A stretch of DNA of 33,393 nt. Origin: an uncultured Trueperaceae bacterium. Its GTDB lineage: Bacteria > Deinococcota > Deinococci > Deinococcales > Trueperaceae. This document shows positions 30,927 to 33,393 of this stretch, piece after piece; the stretch's first letter is position 1, and every line of letters starts with the position of its first letter. The notes below the pieces were generated by a model that searched no databases, was not told the origin of the DNA, and saw only the letters and a list, made by a program, of their open reading frames with translations. A program made the position numbers and the translations under genes. The DNA is taken from the NCBI GenBank assembly GCA_965365745.1, contig CBDUCW010000001.1, positions 1-33,393 of the forward strand. Direction: 5' to 3'.

Positions 30927-32105
30927 ATGGATCGATCCGCCCCCACCGAATCGCCGCCGGCCCGCCGACGCGCGGGCTTCTGGCGGCGCTTGCGGCAGGG
31001 CAATCTCAGCGACCGTCAGCTCGGCTATCTCCTCCTCACTCCGGCGCTCGCCACGCTCGCCGTGGTGATGCTCTATCCGGTCGTGACCGTGCTGTGGCAA
31101 TCGCTGCACGGCGAACACCTGCTGCGCCCGTGGCTCGGCAGCCCCTTCGTGGGGCTCGAGCACTTCCAGAAGATGCTCTGGGGCCGGACCATGACGTGGT
31201 CGTTCGACCACCTCGCGGTCGGCCGCCTGCTTGGCCTCGCCTTGCTCGTTCCGCTCGGCTGGGGCGTGGCGAGGCGCCGCGTCGGCCGTACGACCGGGAT
31301 CCTGATCGGCCTCGGCCTGCTCCTCGTCTTCGGTCTGTGGATGGGCTTCGCCCCCGCCGAGGGCGGACGCTGGGGCGATCCCCGCTTCTGGAACAGCTTC
31401 TCGATCACGCTGCTGATCATCGTCGTGTCGGTGGGCGGCTCGTTTCTGGTCGGCCTGCCGCTGGCGCTGCTCGCGAACGTCGAATCGCCGCTGCGCTGGC
31501 TGGGGCGGGTGGCGCTGCTCCTTCCGTGGGCGATGCCGCGCGTGTTCACCGGTCTGACCTTCGCGTGGCTGTTCCAGAGCGATTACGGGGTGGTGAACGA
31601 CCTGCTGTCGCGGCTGCAGATCACCGCCCTGCTCGAACCGCTGATCGACCGCTCGCTCCTGGGCAGCGCCGGCATCCTGTGGCTCGCCCGCGAGGTTCCC
31701 GCGATCCTCGCGGTGAACCTGACGATCATCTGGAAGACCTCGTCGTTCGTGGCCCTCATCCTGCTCGCCGGCCTGCAGTCGATCGACAAGAGCCTGTACG
31801 AAGCGGCGACGGTCGACGGCGCGAACGCCTGGCAGCGCTTCTGGTCCGTCACGCTGCCGCTGCTTCGGCCCGCCATCGCGGTGGCGCTGATCTTCCGCAC
31901 CCTGACGGCGATCCAGACCTTCGACATCCCCTACGCCATGACGAACGGGGGCCCCGGACGCAGCCTGGAGACCCTCGGCCTGTACATCTACAACACCGTC
32001 TCGAACTCGAACATCGGCTACGCCGCCGCGCTCTCGGTGGTGTTGTTCGTGCTGAGCTTCGCGATCACGATCCTCTACCTGCGCTGGATCTTCACCGATG
32101 ACTGA
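30927..32105 (+). CDS. sugar ABC transporter permease (MalF/UgpA-like) with an extra two-helix insertion
   Basis: LGYLLLTPALATLAVVMLYPVV.., and the EAA-loop region LYEAATVDGANAWQRFWSVTLPLLRPAI. About 65 extra residues with two hydrophobic helices lie before DPRFWNS. Confidence 0.9.
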   Translation: MDRSAPTESPPARRRAGFWRRLRQGNLSDRQLGYLLLTPALATLAVVMLYPVVTVLWQSLHGEHLLRPWLGSPFVGLEHFQKMLWGRTMTWSFDHLAVGRLLGLALLVPLGWGVARRRVGRTTGILIGLGLLLVFGLWMGFAPAEGGRWGDPRFWNSFSITLLIIVVSVGGSFLVGLPLALLANVESPLRWLGRVALLLPWAMPRVFTGLTFAWLFQSDYGVVNDLLSRLQITALLEPLIDRSLLGSAGILWLAREVPAILAVNLTIIWKTSSFVALILLAGLQSIDKSLYEAATVDGANAWQRFWSVTLPLLRPAIAVALIFRTLTAIQTFDIPYAMTNGGPGRSLETLGLYIYNTVSNSNIGYAAALSVVLFVLSFAITILYLRWIFTDD

Positions 32106-33015
32106 GCGCCGATCGATTCTGGCCACCGTGCTCGTGACCGTGGCCCTCGTGGCGATGATCGTCGGCGGCATGTTCCCGGCGTTCTGGCTGTTCCTGACCT
32201 CGCTCAAGACCGACGGCGAGCTCGTGCGGCAACCGATCACCTACCTGCCGGACGCGGCCACGCTCGCCAACTACGTCGAGGTCTTCCGCGCCAACCCCTT
32301 CGCGCGCTTCTTCCTCAACTCCGTGGTCGTGTCGGTGGTCTCGACGCTCGTCTGCGTGCTGTTCGCGGCCCTCGCCGGGTACGCCCTCGCGCGGCTCGAC
32401 GTGCCGGGGCGCCGCTGGATCATGGTCGGCATCGTCATGACCTCGATGTTCCCGGCCCTGGTGTTGCTCGTGCCGCTCTACCGCCTCTTCGTCGGCGTCG
32501 ACGTGCCGCTGCTCGGCGCGATCGTGGGCTACTTCGAGGCGCTCGGCTTCGGCTTCCTGCCCGACACGGTGCGCACGCCCAACCTCCTCAACACCTACTG
32601 GGCGCTGATCATCCCCTACGTGGCGCTGTCGCTGCCCATCGCGACGCTGATCCTCACGAGCTTCTTCCAGCTGATCCCGCCCGATCTCGAGGCGGCGGCG
32701 ATGGTCGACGGCTCGACCCGCCTCGGGGCGCTGTTCCGCGTGGTGGCCCCGCTGTCGGCGCCCGGCGTGGTGACGGCCGGGATCATCGTGTTCGTGAACT
32801 CGTGGAACGAGTTCCTGCTCGCCTTCACCTTCAACACCGACATGACCATGCGCACCATTCCGGTGGGGATCATCTTCTACCAGGGCGAATTCAGCTTCGA
32901 CTGGACGATCATCAGCTCGGCATTGACGCTGGGCATCGTCCCGCTCGTTCTGCTGATCCTGTTCTTCCAGCAGCGGATCATCAGCGGCCTCACCGCCGGC
33001 GGCGTGAAGGGCTGA
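32098..33015 (+). CDS. sugar ABC transporter permease (MalG/UgpE-like)
   Basis: The ATG overlaps the upstream stop by 8 nt. FWLFLTSLKTDGEL, LNTYWALIIPYVA, and EAA loop DLEAAAMVDGSTRLGALFRVVAPLSAPG. Confidence 0.92.
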   Translation: MTERRSILATVLVTVALVAMIVGGMFPAFWLFLTSLKTDGELVRQPITYLPDAATLANYVEVFRANPFARFFLNSVVVSVVSTLVCVLFAALAGYALARLDVPGRRWIMVGIVMTSMFPALVLLVPLYRLFVGVDVPLLGAIVGYFEALGFGFLPDTVRTPNLLNTYWALIIPYVALSLPIATLILTSFFQLIPPDLEAAAMVDGSTRLGALFRVVAPLSAPGVVTAGIIVFVNSWNEFLLAFTFNTDMTMRTIPVGIIFYQGEFSFDWTIISSALTLGIVPLVLLILFFQQRIISGLTAGGVKG

Positions 33016-33016
33016 C

Positions 33017-33393
33017 GTGGCGCCGATCTTCGCCTCCGCGCCGCTGCGCATCGGCTACGTGCCGCTGATCCGGCCCGCCTTCAAGGGGGACGCGAACGCC
33101 GTCGTGGCGCGGAGCCTCGAGGGCCTCGCGCACCTCGGGCCGAGGCTGGGCTTCGAACTGGTCACCGCGACGGTCGGCAGCGAGGTGGCGCAGGCCCGCG
33201 ACGGGGCCCGCGTTCCGCCGTCGGCGGTCACGAGCGCGGACGAGGCCGAGCGCGCCGCCGGCGAACTCGCGGCCGCCGATCTCGACCTCCTGCTCGTGCA
33301 GCACGCGACCTTCGCGACGGGTGCCGAGCTCGCCCCGCTGCTTCGGCTCGGAGGTCGGACGGCGCTCTGGGGCGTTCCGGAGCGCGCGGCCGC
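33017..33393 (+). CDS. hypothetical protein, partial (runs off the right edge); possibly a sugar-isomerase-like enzyme
   Basis: Not in the ORF track (no stop). GTG lies 1 nt after the permease stop. Reads VAPIFASAPLRIGYVPLIRPAFKGDANAVVARSLEGLAHLG..DLDLLLVQHATFATGAELAPLL with G/C-rich third positions. The function is a guess from operon context. Confidence 0.5.
   Translation, partial: MAPIFASAPLRIGYVPLIRPAFKGDANAVVARSLEGLAHLGPRLGFELVTATVGSEVAQARDGARVPPSAVTSADEAERAAGELAAADLDLLLVQHATFATGAELAPLLRLGGRTALWGVPERAA

Overview
Very GC-rich bacterial chromosomal segment. Codon third positions are almost all G/C, so the ORF track is full of long Arg/Pro/Ala-rich antisense artefacts; I kept only frames with protein-like sequence and G/C-rich third positions. 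I resolve about 33 protein genes. I found no rRNA or tRNA genes, no CRISPR array, and no transposase, integrase or phage genes.

Gene content, left to right:
- A GH65 disaccharide phosphorylase that runs off the left edge.
- An envelope-associated cluster: an SseB-like protein, a TPR + CPBP-like polytopic membrane protein, a divergent exported TPR protein, and a small exported protein coupled to an OmpR-type response regulator and a HAMP histidine kinase.
- An orphan gene followed by dcd.
- An MFS transporter back-to-back with coaX.
- A small beta-barrel outer-membrane protein, which implies a diderm host.
- A phnD-phnC-phnE-phnE phosphonate ABC importer.
- A TRAP transporter split into a Tat-signal DctP-type receptor convergent with DctQ/DctM.
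- The alaS-(Cof HAD)-ruvX-mltG operon.
- A second MFS transporter.
- A HAD-IA / cupin DUF985 / DUF72 trio.
- A sugar ABC importer running off the right edge.

I see no recognisable defence, secretion, toxin or mobile system, and I cannot name a clear novel system with confidence. The most unusual things are mostly non-coding:
1. Two 35-nt direct repeats bracket an orphan RND-pump N-terminus between the response regulator and the kinase.
2. A 12-nt tandem repeat array sits upstream of an apparently leaderless outer-membrane protein gene.
3. A recurring TGnTAnnnT box lies 5-8 nt from start codons, suggesting leaderless transcripts. This changes several start calls.
4. The TRAP permease promoter is bracketed by a 9-bp inverted repeat and followed by a coupled Pro-Pro-Pro mini-ORF.
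5. The sugar ABC operon has a long hairpin-rich leader.
6. The TPR/CPBP-like/two-component cluster has no assignable function.

All functional calls come from motif recognition by eye; no searches were run.
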